From: Geobacter sp.
Lineage (GTDB): Bacteria > Desulfobacterota > Desulfuromonadia > Geobacterales > Pseudopelobacteraceae
Assembly: GCA_003574895.1 (NCBI GenBank)
Contig: PJFB01000006.1
Location: forward strand, 127,212 to 191,211
DNA: 64,000 nt
Direction: 5' to 3'
Of this stretch, positions 39,025 to 47,814 are shown one piece after another. The position numbers were made by a program, and so were the translations under genes. The notes beneath the pieces are model-generated. The model saw only the letters and a program-made list of their open reading frames with translations, ran no database searches and was not told the origin of the DNA. The stretch's first letter is position 1, and every line of letters starts with the position of its first letter.

Positions 39025-40104
39025 TTATACCGGGTTACATGAACTGCTGAAATGTGCCGAGAAACTCTGGGGTGCCTCGTTCTTCGAGGTCATGAGGTAC
39101 AAGTCCATGCCTGAGCCAGATTTGACCCGCAGTTCGCCATACAGGCAGATTGGTATCTGATAGTTGTTCTTGAACCTGCGGTCAGGCCCGCCACTCTTGT
39201 TCGGATGCTTCCAGGTCTTGTCGACAACCTTGGCATCATGCGGTGGGCTTTGTTCGATGAATCTGGTGGTATTGGTGTCCACGCGGATATCGTCATATTC
39301 GACGAACCCCACACCCTTACTGTCATAGACAAGGATGCCGTCGGGCATCATGTACAGGCTTTGCCCGCGAGTATTGATGACCGGCACATCGATGTTCGTC
39401 TCCACCCACGGGGGTTTCCCTTCTCCGACTTGAGCTTCGGTGCGGCTAATCAAGTTAGAGGCGCCAGCGTTTCGCTTCCAATCGTGGATATCGTTGACTC
39501 CCCGGGAATTTATCAGCGACCATACTTTGCTATTTGAAGCGAGGGCGTTGAACGCGGAGATTGTTTTCTGAAACCGCTCCCCCTTGTCTTCGAAGTCGTA
39601 ATCGAGGACGACGGTCCGACGCTTCGATTCCCAGCGAGCAGTGAAAATGAAGGTGACCACTGCCAGAATGAAGACAATCCAGCCGGCAAGAGAGCTACTT
39701 TGGAAGGCAATGAAGGATGGCAGAAGACCGATTCCGCCGCAGACGTAGTCGAGCCGCACGGTGGTGTAGGATTGGTTGAGTCTGTCCAGCAGATCTTTCC
39801 TCGATTGTGGAACCAACTCTTGAGAAGAGGCGGTGGTGTATTCTGTGGTGCCGGGCCGAGGCGGTTCGTTGTAGGTCGCGGGTGTCTGAGGAAATGTCTG
39901 CGAAGAAGTTCTTCCGCCGCCAGTTCCACCTCCCAGTTCCTGTCGGTAGTAAAGCCCATATCCGCCGGCATGGATATAGCTTTTCCCGTTGGGTCGGACG
40001 CCGACCCGGAAACCCTTAACGCCTACGGAGGTGCCGATACCACTTTTTGACAGATTGAACCGAACTGGTCCAACCTTGACCGATTTTCTCAGATACCACG
40101 CCAC
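39025..40104 (-). CDS. DUF4236-domain membrane protein with uncharacterised C-terminal domain
   Basis: N-terminus (MAWYLRKSVKVGPVRFNLSKSGIGTSVGVKGFRVGVRPNGKSY) matches the DUF4236 pattern. Gly-rich linker and one TM helix follow. Confidence 0.55.
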   Translation of the reverse strand: MAWYLRKSVKVGPVRFNLSKSGIGTSVGVKGFRVGVRPNGKSYIHAGGYGLYYRQELGGGTGGGRTSSQTFPQTPATYNEPPRPGTTEYTTASSQELVPQSRKDLLDRLNQSYTTVRLDYVCGGIGLLPSFIAFQSSSLAGWIVFILAVVTFIFTARWESKRRTVVLDYDFEDKGERFQKTISAFNALASNSKVWSLINSRGVNDIHDWKRNAGASNLISRTEAQVGEGKPPWVETNIDVPVINTRGQSLYMMPDGILVYDSKGVGFVEYDDIRVDTNTTRFIEQSPPHDAKVVDKTWKHPNKSGGPDRRFKNNYQIPICLYGELRVKSGSGMDLYLMTSKNEAPQSFSAHFSSSCNPV

Positions 40105-40342
40105 TAGCTATCCTCCACCAAAAACAAAATCACATCGCTCGTTTACAAGACGAATTTGATAATTTATATAATCTTCCGATTCATCTTTTTGGGCACACAA
40201 TGGGGCCGCACTTGACCTACCGGGCAGTCTTATCGCCCGGACACGGCCTAAGTGCAAGTTGGGACATCGCTTTTCCTCAAATGTGAATATATGAAGGGCG
40301 TCCCCAAAGGTTCCCTTAGGCTCTTGCGAGGTAACTCTATAA

Positions 40343-40648
40343 TTACTTACGTACAAGGTAATAGCTTTTTGCATACATACATGCGTTGAAAAGATCATAA
40401 TTTGTTATAGTACCTGAATTCGATTGCCCACCGTATGCGTCATAAGCGGAGTTTGATTGACGTTGTTGTGATTGCCGCATGCATTCATAATTATCTTTGT
40501 TAAAAGTCTGGTGAAAATTTTCAGAGCTCAGTGTGTCGTTTTGCCAATAATCTTGCGGTGCTGCTAACAGCGTCCATACGCATCCCGATGTAACCAATAA
40601 TAAACTTAATCCCATAATTACTCTGATTACGTTCCATATCATGACCAT
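40343..40648 (-). CDS. Small lipoprotein (101 aa)
   Basis: Lipobox LVTSGC. AT-rich. Confidence 0.4.
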   Translation of the reverse strand: MVMIWNVIRVIMGLSLLLVTSGCVWTLLAAPQDYWQNDTLSSENFHQTFNKDNYECMRQSQQRQSNSAYDAYGGQSNSGTITNYDLFNACMYAKSYYLVRK

Positions 40649-40990
40649 CCCCCCTAACGTTGACTCCTAAGGATACAGTCTAACACCAAAACGGAGTCTT
40701 TATCTTGGTGCTCAACATATTGACTAGCTAACGGTAAAAGCATCTTACATGAGAACCAAGCATCATATAACGGATGAAACTATCAACATACTCCCCTTCT
40801 CATTGCGCTTGCAATTATTTCAGTTTCAGTAACTTGAGCTTTTTCTGAGCTTAACTCGCAAATTACCGGCTAGACCGATGTATCTATCTGTATATGCTTT
40901 TGCTGTTTTTCTATTTATCTAATGTGTCTACATATATATGCTTTTCTAGTTCAGAGACATGAAAAGGAGGCAGGTTCAATAGCAAACCGT

Positions 40991-41050
40991 GCCCAGAATT
41001 CCGGGGACCCAGAATTCCGGGGACACCAGGACCCAGAATTCCGGGGACAC
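40991..41050. repeat. Three tandem ~17-20-bp repeats CCCAGAATTCCGGGGAC(ACCAGGA)
   Basis: Direct repeats placed immediately after an AAAGGAGG motif. No spacers between them. Confidence 0.5.
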
Positions 41051-41076
41051 CATACTTAATTCAAGTCAACTAAAAT

Positions 41077-41159
41077 CCCCCTCATCCGGCCTGCGGCCCC
41101 CTTCTCCCAGAGGGAGAAGGGGGGAAAAATTTAACCCTCGCCCTCTGGGAGAGGGTGGC
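41077..41159. repeat. ~80-bp hairpin-containing repeat, copy 1 (overlaps the 3' end of the DUF559 gene)
   Basis: About 90% identical to 41568..41639. Contains palindromes CTTCTCCCAGAGGGAGAAGG and CCCTCGCCCTCTGGGAGAGGGTGG. Confidence 0.6.
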
Positions 41160-41541
41160 GCGGAGCGCCGGGTGAGGGAGATTCTGTCAATGCCATAAAA
41201 AGCGACATCAAGACTGACTCTGTCTCCGCCAACACCTGATTGTTCCAGAAACGCAAAACATTGATTCCTGCCCCTTCAAGCTCCTTCGTTCGCTCAGCAT
41301 CATATAATCTCTGCTCTTCAGCACCATGACCACCACCATCCAGTTCGATGGCAAGCAGCTTTTCGTGGCAATAGAAATCGAGTATGTATCGGCCTGCCGG
41401 ATGCTGGCGACGAAACTTGTAGCCACAAAAACTGCGATTTCTCAGCAGATACCAAAGAAGCTGTTCCGCATCGGTCAGTCTGGCGCGCAGCTCACGGGCG
41501 TTTTGCAAGATATCGTGTGGTATGGTTTTGCTTTGCTTCAT
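41131..41541 (-). CDS. DUF559 endonuclease-domain protein (Vsr-like fold)
   Basis: Motif LWYLLRNRSFCGYKFRRQHPAGRYILDFYCHEKLLAIELDGGGH is characteristic of DUF559. C-terminal residues are encoded by the repeat. Confidence 0.75.
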   Translation of the reverse strand: MKQSKTIPHDILQNARELRARLTDAEQLLWYLLRNRSFCGYKFRRQHPAGRYILDFYCHEKLLAIELDGGGHGAEEQRLYDAERTKELEGAGINVLRFWNNQVLAETESVLMSLFMALTESPSPGAPRHPLPEGEG

Positions 41542-41567
41542 TCCAACGGCTCCACTGCCCCTCATCC

Positions 41568-41639
41568 GGCCTGCGGCCACCTTCTCCCAGAGGGAGAAGG
41601 GATAAAAAATCTAACCCTCGCCCTCTGGGAGAGCGTGGC
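41568..41639. repeat. ~80-bp hairpin-containing repeat, copy 2 (immediately 5' of the DUF559 gene)
   Basis: Direct repeat of 41077..41159. Confidence 0.6.
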
Positions 41640-41644
41640 CGGCC

Positions 41645-41983
41645 TCAAACATCATCCTCCACAACCCGCTTCTCCCCCGCACCCCTATATTCCGCCAGCG
41701 GACCGTGCTGCAGATGCTTGCGCCCCTCTTCCGACAGGGCATAGCGCAAATCGCCTTGCGGCTCTATCAGGCGCCGCGCGAGCAGCCCCAGGAAACCTTG
41801 GCAAAACTCGGCGACGGGAAGACCTCTGTCGGTGCACATCTCCTGGAGCAACACGATGTCGATGATAGGGTCAGCCAGGTAAGTATGGGTTTGCAGGAAT
41901 GCCAGAATGGTGATCTCTATGTTTGAAAGCCTTGGGGGGATATTCAAACCGCCTGTACTGTTCGTAAATGGATCCAAGTACAT
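41645..41983 (-). CDS. Small putative winged-helix protein
   Basis: wHTH-like segment (ITILAFL...GLLARRLIEPQGDLRYALSEEGRKHL). The ORF's C-terminus runs into the repeat. Confidence 0.3.
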   Translation of the reverse strand: MYLDPFTNSTGGLNIPPRLSNIEITILAFLQTHTYLADPIIDIVLLQEMCTDRGLPVAEFCQGFLGLLARRLIEPQGDLRYALSEEGRKHLQHGPLAEYRGAGEKRVVEDDV

Positions 41984-42366
41984 TGTTCCCTTTCCACATT
42001 ATTCGTTTGGCCATGCAGACCGCCAATCGGCAATCGTTATTTCACATATGATGCCAATAAATTTTTAAAATATTTTATGCTTTAAAATCTGTTGGTTACG
42101 CCCGCGCAAAAATCGGCTCGGCAAAACAACCTCCTGAAATCCAGCCGCTTGTTCCCGCCAAAGATCCGATGGCGACAATACAGAAATAACCGTGCGGCAC
42201 CGGACCGGCGGCCCGCATCCGCTTGACCGGCAAGCGCAAACGCGCCCTGGCAAAGGATTTGCCTTGCATCAGACTGAATTTTGCGGTGGTAAAGTCGAGG
42301 ACGATTGAGAGGGGATTTGTGATTTTCGGGGAAATTACCGGCCAGGCGCGGCCAAAGCGGCACAAC

Positions 42367-42516
42367 GTAAAGAAACTTTACACATTAAACTCAAACAGGG
42401 AATAAACCCTTAGTTGCCGGCTAGTTATGAAAACGTAAAGAAACTTTACACTTTTCCAATCTTACCCTGTAAAGCCGCTACTGGTGGGCTTTTACGGGGG
42501 TGTAAAGAACCTTTAC
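42367..42516. promoter_or_regulatory. Array of four GTAAAG-N3-CTTTAC palindromes (candidate operator array) upstream of the DUF2127 gene
   Basis: Sites at 42367-42381, 42435-42449, 42469-42495 (extended hairpin GTAAAGCC...GGCTTTTAC) and 42502-42516. Two also share the direct repeat CTTTACACTTTTCCAATCTT. Confidence 0.45.
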
Positions 42517-42640
42517 ACTTTTCCAATCTTGATCCCCTGACCTTCCGGTCAGCCAGGAAACGGCAGCCAATTCCCGCAGATTTGAATCTTGCCCGCTGTC
42601 GTGGTAGTCTTTGCGAATCATCAAGGGGACAGTCACGAAA

Positions 42641-43138
42641 ATGGTCCGATCCAAAACCCGCAAACATTCCACCCGCAAGCCCCATGCCCGAGGGCTGCGC
42701 GTCGTTGCGTTTTTTGAAGGCGCCAAAGGGCTGCTGGTCCTTCTGGCGGGCTTCGAATTGCTGTCGTTTATCCACAAGGACATCCACGAAGCAGCCATAC
42801 GACTGGTAGAACATCTCGATTTAAACCCCGCCAGCCATTATCCGCGGATATTTCTCGACCTGATAAACAGGATAAACGACACGAATCTCTGGAGCATGGC
42901 CATTGCCGCGGCAATGTACTCTCTCATGCGGATGGTGGAGGCCGTGGGGCTCTGGCTGAGAAAGTCCTGGGCCGAGTGGTTCGCCGTCCTGACCGGCGGC
43001 ATGTACATCCCGGTCGAGATCTTCGAGGTCGTCCACAAGACCACCTGGCCGCGGGTTACCGTGCTGATCGTCAATCTGAGCGTGGTTTCTTATCTTTTGC
43101 TTGTCATGTTCAGGAATAATGATAAGCAGGCAATTTGA
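42641..43138 (+). CDS. DUF2127-like membrane protein
   Basis: Three to four TM helices. GLWLRKSWAEWFAVLTGGMYIPVEIFE fits the DUF2127 pattern. Confidence 0.5.
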   Translation: MVRSKTRKHSTRKPHARGLRVVAFFEGAKGLLVLLAGFELLSFIHKDIHEAAIRLVEHLDLNPASHYPRIFLDLINRINDTNLWSMAIAAAMYSLMRMVEAVGLWLRKSWAEWFAVLTGGMYIPVEIFEVVHKTTWPRVTVLIVNLSVVSYLLLVMFRNNDKQAI

Positions 43139-43156
43139 GGTTCGGCCCCGCCCGGT

Positions 43157-44503
43157 TCACAGGTCTTCCGGCAAGTGCGGCTCCTCAGCGGCGGTCTCCA
43201 TGTCGTTCGCCGCTTCCGTGACAATACCCATGCGGACATAGATGGGACGCACCTTTTCCCTGATCTGCGGGAGATGGCGGGCAAAGACGGCGGCCCCGGC
43301 AAGGCAGCCGCAACTGCCGATCAGCAGGGTATCCCTCGGCCCGATGACATCGGCCAGGGCCCCGGCGGAGAGACTGCCAAAGGGTGCCATGCCCATGAAC
43401 GCCATGGTGAAAAAGCTCATCACCCTCCCCCGTTTGTCCTCATCCAGGATCGTCTGCAGCACCGTGTTGCAGGATGCGACCAGCGTCATTGCCCCGAATC
43501 CGGCCACTACCAGCGCCGCCATTGAGAGGGGAAAACTGTTGGAAATGGCAAAGAAAGCGATCCCGGCGGCGAAACAGCCCGTGGCTGCCACGATCACCCG
43601 GCCGAGCCCCAGGACGCTGCGGCGCGAGGCAAGATACAGGGTGCCCACCAGGGCGCCGCTGCCCGCCGCCGCCATGAGAAAGCCGAAGGTGTGGGCGCCG
43701 CCATGGAGGATGTCCTTGGCAAAGACCGGCACCAGTACGGCATAGGGCATCCCCATCAGGCTGATGAGGGCCACCAGGAGCAGGATGCTTCTGATGGGCC
43801 CGAACTTGTAGGCGTACTCAAACCCCTCCCGGAGTTCAAGCAGGATATGGCGCCTGGGGGATTGCCGGCGGGAGCCTGCGGGGATGCGCATGGCCACAAG
43901 CGCCACGATGACCGCCAGGTAGCTGGCCGCATTCAGCAGAAAGCAGACCCCCTCTCCCACCGAGGCCACCAGCAGGCCCGCAATGGACGGCCCCACCAGG
44001 CGGGCGCCGTTCACCATGGACGAGTTGAGGGCAATGGCGTTGCCCAGGTCTTCCCGGTATTCGACCATCTCCACCACAAATGATTGGCGGATGGGGATGT
44101 CGCAGGCATTGACCACGCCCAGGACCAGGCTCAGCAGGATGATCTGCCAGACCTGCACCACCCCTGTCAGGACAACAACGGCAAGAAAGACCGCCTGGAG
44201 CATGGCCAGGGTCTGGGTGGCGATCAACAGTCGCCGCCGGTCCCAGCGGTCGGCCAGCACGCCGGCTACGGGGGAGATGAGGATGGTGGGTATCTGGCTG
44301 GTGAAGCCGACCACGCCCAGCAGCATGGCGGAGCCGGTCAGGCGGTACACCAGCCAGCTCATGGCAACCTGCTGCATCCAGGTGCCGACCAGGGACACGC
44401 TCTGCCCGGCCACAAAGAGGCGATAGTTCCGGGAGCGGAGGGAGCGCAACAGATTGCGGAGCACCTCCCCCTTTTTTTCCGCTTTTTCAACTACATCCAT
44501 CAA
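43157..44503 (-). CDS. MFS transporter
   Basis: 12 TM helices. MFS motif GVLADRWDRRRLL (GxLxDRxGrr). Confidence 0.8.
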   Translation of the reverse strand: MMDVVEKAEKKGEVLRNLLRSLRSRNYRLFVAGQSVSLVGTWMQQVAMSWLVYRLTGSAMLLGVVGFTSQIPTILISPVAGVLADRWDRRRLLIATQTLAMLQAVFLAVVVLTGVVQVWQIILLSLVLGVVNACDIPIRQSFVVEMVEYREDLGNAIALNSSMVNGARLVGPSIAGLLVASVGEGVCFLLNAASYLAVIVALVAMRIPAGSRRQSPRRHILLELREGFEYAYKFGPIRSILLLVALISLMGMPYAVLVPVFAKDILHGGAHTFGFLMAAAGSGALVGTLYLASRRSVLGLGRVIVAATGCFAAGIAFFAISNSFPLSMAALVVAGFGAMTLVASCNTVLQTILDEDKRGRVMSFFTMAFMGMAPFGSLSAGALADVIGPRDTLLIGSCGCLAGAAVFARHLPQIREKVRPIYVRMGIVTEAANDMETAAEEPHLPEDL

Positions 44504-44512
44504 ATATAACCG

Positions 44513-45376
44513 TTATTTCCTGACCACGCGGCTGACGGCGGCAAAGTCCGAATCGCCCAGGCCGCTCGCCACTGCCTCCTTGAACAGCTCGTTTACCGAG
44601 GCAGTTGCAAAGAGGGGCTGACCGACCTGTTCCGCCAGGGCAATGGCCAGGCGCAGGTCCTTCTGCATGTGCTTGAGAGGGAAGGCGGCCGGGAAATGGC
44701 CGTTGGCGGCAACCGCTTCGCCCTTCAAACGGAACATGGGGTTTGTCATGGCCCCGGCATCCAGCACTTCGAGCAGTTGGGCCAGATCCAGGCCGCTGCG
44801 GGCGGCCAGGGCCATGCCCTCGCTAAAGGCGGCCATCATGCCGCCCATGACCAGGTTATTGGCCAGCTTCATCCTGGCGCCGTTCCCCACCTCGCCCAGG
44901 AAAAGCAACTTTTTGCCCATTTTCTCCAGTGCGGGAAGGGCTTGGTCGTACAGCATGCGGTCGCCGGCCGCCATGATGGTCAGCAGGCCGTCTTCCGCGG
45001 GCTTGCGGCTTCCCGCCACCGGCCCTTCCAGGAACATGGCCCCTTTTTCCCGTGCCAGCCGGGCCGATTCCAGTGAGGTCTCCACGTCTATGGTGGACAT
45101 GTCCACATAGCCCTTGCCGGGCCGCAAACCGGCCAGGATGCCGTCAGCGCCGTCACGGGCCGCCTCCACGGCCTGCGGGGTCGCCATCATGGCTATGACG
45201 ATGTCCGCAGCCTCGGCAACCTCGCGCGGTGTGGCCGCGATTTTGGCCCCCTGAGCGGCCAGCGGAGCGCATTTTCCCGGCGTCCGGTTCCAGACCGTCA
45301 CCTCGAACCCGGCCTTTACCAGGTTCGCTGCCATTGCGCTCCCCATGATCCCCAAACCGACAAATCCCAGTTTCAT
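44513..45376 (-). CDS. NAD(P)-dependent oxidoreductase, 3-hydroxyisobutyrate/6-phosphogluconate dehydrogenase family
   Basis: GFVGLGIMGSAMAANL Rossmann motif. Typical ~290-aa length. Confidence 0.8.
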   Translation of the reverse strand: MKLGFVGLGIMGSAMAANLVKAGFEVTVWNRTPGKCAPLAAQGAKIAATPREVAEAADIVIAMMATPQAVEAARDGADGILAGLRPGKGYVDMSTIDVETSLESARLAREKGAMFLEGPVAGSRKPAEDGLLTIMAAGDRMLYDQALPALEKMGKKLLFLGEVGNGARMKLANNLVMGGMMAAFSEGMALAARSGLDLAQLLEVLDAGAMTNPMFRLKGEAVAANGHFPAAFPLKHMQKDLRLAIALAEQVGQPLFATASVNELFKEAVASGLGDSDFAAVSRVVRK

Positions 45377-45539
45377 ATGATTCTCCTTTTCGCACATCCG
45401 TATTGAGCATCTTGCATAAAATATTCAGGTCCCGGCACCATGCCATGCATGAACATAAGCGGCCCCGCGCCAAAGTTGACGCGGGGCCGTGCGCCTGGCC
45501 AAGCCCGACCCCGGCTGACTGCGGCGCGGCAGGCAATGC

Positions 45540-47204
45540 CTACCTGGGCTCGCCCTTCCTGGCAACGGCCATGGCGTCGTTGAGCATCTTGACTCCGGCC
45601 TTGGAGGCGGTGATGGAGAGGGCCAGGCTGTCCCTGGCCAGTTCGGGGTTGTGGAAGCCGTCCGAATTCTCGGCGGTCCACCATTCCCAGAGGACATGGG
45701 CCTCTTCGTGCTTGGCACGGGCCTGGTCCAGCACGGTGGGCACCACGCCCATGCGTTGGGCAGCGGCATAGGAGTCGATCAACTGGCCAAGCCAGTACTC
45801 GGCCTTGCGCATTTTGCCGCGAATGTAGTTCTGGGTGGCATCGAGCTGGTACAGCTTCCGCGTTTCCGTATCCTTGGAATGGGCGTGGCAACTCAGGCAG
45901 GCCTCCCTGACATGGTTTTTGGGCTTGACCACCATATGGGACCTGAAGCTTTTGCCCTGGGCGTTTTTCATGATCGGCATGTGGCAATCGGCGCAGGTGA
46001 CACCGGCACGGTCATGGACACTGCCGTAGTAGGTCTCTGCCTCCGGGTGCTGCAGCTTGACCAGCCTGGCTCCGGTCACCTCGTGCCTGAAGTCGTAGAA
46101 ATTGATCTGCTTGTAATGCTCCAGCAGCTGCTTGACCTGCAGCAGCGGCATATGGTTGGTGCGCCGGTCTTCGTAGCCGATCTTTTTGCCGGTATCGAAT
46201 TCGAAACCAGTGCCGCAGGCATACTCCACGTGGCACTGGGCGCACATCATGCGCGAGTCGGGTTTCTGCATGATGCCGATCTTGCGAAAGCCGCGGAAGT
46301 CCATCACCTTCAGATCGGTCTTGCCATCCTTGCCGGCAAAGATCTTCGATCCCCTGTCGATCTCGTTGATCAGCTCGTCGCGCACGATGCGCGGCTGGGC
46401 GCCGTGTGGGTCGTGGCAATGGATGCACCCCATGGGGTTGTTGGTGTCCTTGGCCACATCAACCACGTTGGAGGTGCGGTCCCATCTGGCCTTGGGGTCC
46501 TTGTCCCCCAGGAATTTCCACTTGAGAATGTGATCCGAGGTCTTGCACTGGATGCAGGTGGGATTGCCGGCCATGGCGGTCTGCGGCAAAGGCTTCCATT
46601 CCCTGTTTCCTTCCGCCTGGTCGTAGAGCACGTCCCAGGTCTTGCCTGTGGCGTCTATGCCCCGCCACCCCTTCTTGAACTGGAAGCGCCCCCCCTGAAA
46701 TCGGTCCACGGAAAATTGGTCGATGACCATGAAGACATGGCCGCGCGGTTCGTCATGCTCGTAGGTGAAGCCGTAGGGGGCCAGCAGTTTGTCCTGCATG
46801 GGCGAGCGGCCGGTAGGGGTCCCCTTTTCCTTTTTGGCCTGGGCCTCGTAGTCCACCTGGTTGAGGGTCCTATATTCATCCCCATGGCATTTGCCGCATA
46901 ACGCCTGGTCGATGACCGTGACCGGCTTGTGGTTCTCCGGGTCTTTCATATGCTCGTCCATCCGGTCGTGGCAAGTCTTGCAGGAGAGGTCGGCATGCTT
47001 GGAGCCTTCCTTGAGCGCCTTGATCTCGTCATGGCAGGCATAGCACTGCTCCCTGTTATCGGATGCGGGCTTGTAGTTCTGGCTGGGGGCCCATTTGGCC
47101 GGCATCGGCGCTTTGCCTTTGGCGGCCGTGGGCAGGGCGGGAAGCAGCAGCAAGGTTACGGCGCCGGTCACGGCGGCTGCCAGGGCAATGTTCTTCTTCC
47201 TCAT
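45540..47204 (-). CDS. Octaheme cytochrome c nitrite reductase-like protein (NrfA/ONR family) with CXXCK active-site heme
   Basis: Signal peptide. Seven CXXCH plus one CXXCK (CIQCK) as the fourth motif, matching the ONR/TvNiR arrangement. Length 554 aa. Confidence 0.75.
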   Translation of the reverse strand: MRKKNIALAAAVTGAVTLLLLPALPTAAKGKAPMPAKWAPSQNYKPASDNREQCYACHDEIKALKEGSKHADLSCKTCHDRMDEHMKDPENHKPVTVIDQALCGKCHGDEYRTLNQVDYEAQAKKEKGTPTGRSPMQDKLLAPYGFTYEHDEPRGHVFMVIDQFSVDRFQGGRFQFKKGWRGIDATGKTWDVLYDQAEGNREWKPLPQTAMAGNPTCIQCKTSDHILKWKFLGDKDPKARWDRTSNVVDVAKDTNNPMGCIHCHDPHGAQPRIVRDELINEIDRGSKIFAGKDGKTDLKVMDFRGFRKIGIMQKPDSRMMCAQCHVEYACGTGFEFDTGKKIGYEDRRTNHMPLLQVKQLLEHYKQINFYDFRHEVTGARLVKLQHPEAETYYGSVHDRAGVTCADCHMPIMKNAQGKSFRSHMVVKPKNHVREACLSCHAHSKDTETRKLYQLDATQNYIRGKMRKAEYWLGQLIDSYAAAQRMGVVPTVLDQARAKHEEAHVLWEWWTAENSDGFHNPELARDSLALSITASKAGVKMLNDAMAVARKGEPR

Positions 47205-47254
47205 GTTCGTTCCCCTTTCCTGGACTTTATTTTATGTGCCGATTGCCGGCAGCT

Positions 47255-47626
47255 TCAATCCGTTGCAGGAGCAGGCTTTGCAACAAGCCGGACCGCCTTG
47301 GGGGTCGTGGGGCAGACATATTCGCAGCCGCCGCAGCCGGTGCAGCGCGAGGCGTCGATCCGGATCCCCTGGCCCATGACCATCATGATGGCCTGTGACT
47401 CGCAACGCTCCGCGCAGGCAAGGCAGCCGCAATTCCTGGCCAGGCAATGTTCGTTCCAGGCCCGGGCAACCAGATTGTCTTCCTGTTGGTGCGGTGTAAA
47501 GCCCTGTTCCGCAGGTATGACCGGTGCCGATTCAGTAATCGGCTTGACGCTTTCCGCAACCTCGACAATGGTCTTGCCCAACTGGAAGATGCTCTGGCGG
47601 AAAAATTCCTTGCGGCTGATACTCAT
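47255..47626 (-). CDS. 4Fe-4S dicluster ferredoxin-type protein, possibly Tat-exported
   Basis: Cys clusters CLARNCGCLACAERC and CTGCGGCEYVCP. N-terminal SRKEFFRQS Tat-like motif. Immediately upstream of the octaheme gene. Confidence 0.55.
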   Translation of the reverse strand: MSISRKEFFRQSIFQLGKTIVEVAESVKPITESAPVIPAEQGFTPHQQEDNLVARAWNEHCLARNCGCLACAERCESQAIMMVMGQGIRIDASRCTGCGGCEYVCPTTPKAVRLVAKPAPATD

Positions 47627-47814
47627 CTGACAATCTCCTCTGCGCCTTGTTATGACTGAAAACAAAGCATACCAGACAAACCATTTTCCGCACAAGCAAT
47701 GGGGAGAAACCCGCAAGAATCATTGTATTTTATATTTACCCCCTTGACCTGCGGCGGCAAGGTGATAAAGTGGACCTAATCGATCTTGTTTAATATCCGT
47801 CAGGAGGAATATCT

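Noticed and set aside
40991-41050. Possible CRISPR array
   Set aside because: Only three contiguous 17-20-bp units with no unique spacers between them, and no cas genes nearby. This is a simple tandem repeat.
40989-41198. 69-aa ORF (MPRIPGTQNSGDT...) spanning the 17-bp tandem repeats and repeat copy 1
   Set aside because: It is the translation of tandem DNA repeats and a palindromic repeat. Alternative start, no RBS spacing, low-complexity product. A repeat artefact is more likely than a gene.
41517-41926. Plus-strand small ORFs (41517..41744, 41705..41926) around repeat copy 2
   Set aside because: They overlap the better-supported minus-strand DUF559 and wHTH-like ORFs and are partly encoded by the palindromic repeat.
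45651-46901. 416-aa plus-strand ORF opposite the octaheme nitrite-reductase-like gene
   Set aside because: Antisense artefact with no motifs.
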